NCBI GenBank assembly: GCA_043228905.1
Contig: JBHGNT010000015.1
Span: forward strand, 18,414,001-18,478,000
DNA: 64,000 bases
Origin: Azolla caroliniana
Taxonomy: Eukaryota > Plantae > Polypodiophyta
Direction: 5' to 3'
Shown here: piece by piece, positions 62,678-64,000 of the stretch
Layout: each line of letters starts with the position of its first letter
Numbering within the stretch: position 1 is the first letter of the stretch
Program-made: the position numbers and the translations under genes
The notes under the pieces: model-generated
What the model was told of the DNA's origin: nothing
Databases searched by the model: none
What the model saw: only the letters and a program-made list of their open reading frames with translations

Positions 62678-64000
62678 TTGTTGGTGCACCCATCTTCTTT
62701 GTCAAGAAGAAAGATGGATCTCTACGACTGGTCGTGGACTATCGAGGTTTAAACAAAATCACAGTTCGAAATAGATATGCTCTACCCTTGATATCGAGTT
62801 TACTAGAGCATCTTAGTAAGGCTAAAGTTTTCACGAAGCTAGAACTTCGTGGTGCATATAACCTTGTTCGGATATGTCTAGGAGATGAATGGAAGACAAC
62901 ATTTTGTACTCGATACAGACATTTCGAGTACACAGTTATGCCTTTTATTCTCACGAATGTGCCTGCGGTTTTCAACACATGGCGAATGATATTTTACACA
63001 ACTTTTTGGATTCATTCACCATATTATATCTTGATGATATCTTGATCTACTCGAAAACTCAAGAAGAGCATGACATAAACGTTTGCCAAGTCTTCCAACG
63101 CTTACAAGAATATGGGCTCTATGCCAACCACCTCGTTCAATACGTGATGTTCAATGTTTCTTAGGATTTGCGAATTTTATCAAGAATTATTCGAACATTG
63201 TGATGCCTCTCATAGAGCTTACACGAAAGAACAAGTCATGCACATGGATTTCTAGTGCAGCGAAAGCGTTTGAAAGCCTAAGGGAGCATTCACTTCTGCT
63301 CCAATTCTACTTCATGCTGACCTAGAAAAACCGTTTATCATCGAGGCAGATGCGCCTAATTTTGCACTAGGAAGTATCTTGTCACAGACAGGAGATTATG
63401 GGAAGCTACATCCAATTGCTTTCCATTCACGCAAATTGGAAACCGCAAAAATCGATTATGAGATTCACGACAAAGAGCTTCTAGCCATTATAGACTCGTT
63501 TGAACAGTGAAGACATCTCTTAGAAGGTTCTCCCCATCAAATCATTGTTTACAATGATCATAAAAACCTCACAAACTTTCAAAGTGCTAGAGTCTTGAGT
63601 CACCGCCAAGCTCGTTGGGCATAGTTTCTAACACATTTTGACTTTCTTATCACATATCTCCCAAGAGTACAACAAGAAAAGGCAGATGCTCTCTCACGAC
63701 GATCTTATTTCACGCCACAACCAAGAGAGCCCACATTTGATCATAAAAAACAAGTCGTCTTGGGGCCTAATCGGTTACAACTATTAACTGTTAATGCCTC
63801 TCAAGCATTTGAAGATTCAAGTCTTCTTGATTCAATTCGAACAGATATCATTTCTGATTAATTTTCTCAAGATATATTGAATTATATAATTTTAGATCGC
63901 GTTTCTTCTTCAAGATCCAAGAATCCTCGTAAAGATTATAACCAGTTTAAATGGGATAATGGTTTACTTTTTTGTAACACTTTTTTGTATGTCCCAAATG
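62678..64000 (+). mobile_element. Degenerate Tcn1-like chromovirus RT-RNase H fragment continuing out of the window
   Basis: [56 protein letters not shown]; homologous to G1. Confidence 0.88.

Overview
Eukaryotic land-plant DNA, probably from a non-seed plant such as a fern or lycophyte (inferred from the retroelement types, spliceosomal introns and TTTAGGG-type repeats). Most of the window is nested LTR retrotransposons. At 1-9680 a degenerate Tcn1-like chromovirus carries a Ty1/copia insertion. At 10195-33800 an old copia contains an LTR-mediated 1.6-kb inversion and a three-level nest of very young copia elements; one has a fully open 1357-aa gag-pol. At 50063-59340 a non-chromoviral Ty3/gypsy carries two solo LTRs, and a Tat-like/Tcn1 chimera runs from 61112 to the end. 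Between the nests lies a tandem pair of four-coding-exon bHLH + ACT-like transcription factor genes (40881-44026, 46183-50037), a relic exon of a third paralog, G-box/ABRE clusters, MITEs, minisatellites and interstitial telomere tracts. Most notable: (1) a TGTCG...CGACA gypsy lineage with 4-bp, CG-centred target sites; (2) an inversion with reciprocally swapped TSDs; (3) a PPT-LTR-PBS cDNA-like fossil; (4) a CCGG-saturated young copia inserted into the LTR tip of a close relative. Coordinates and alignments were read by eye, and lineage names are tentative. I cannot establish from the sequence alone that any of this is a previously undescribed system.
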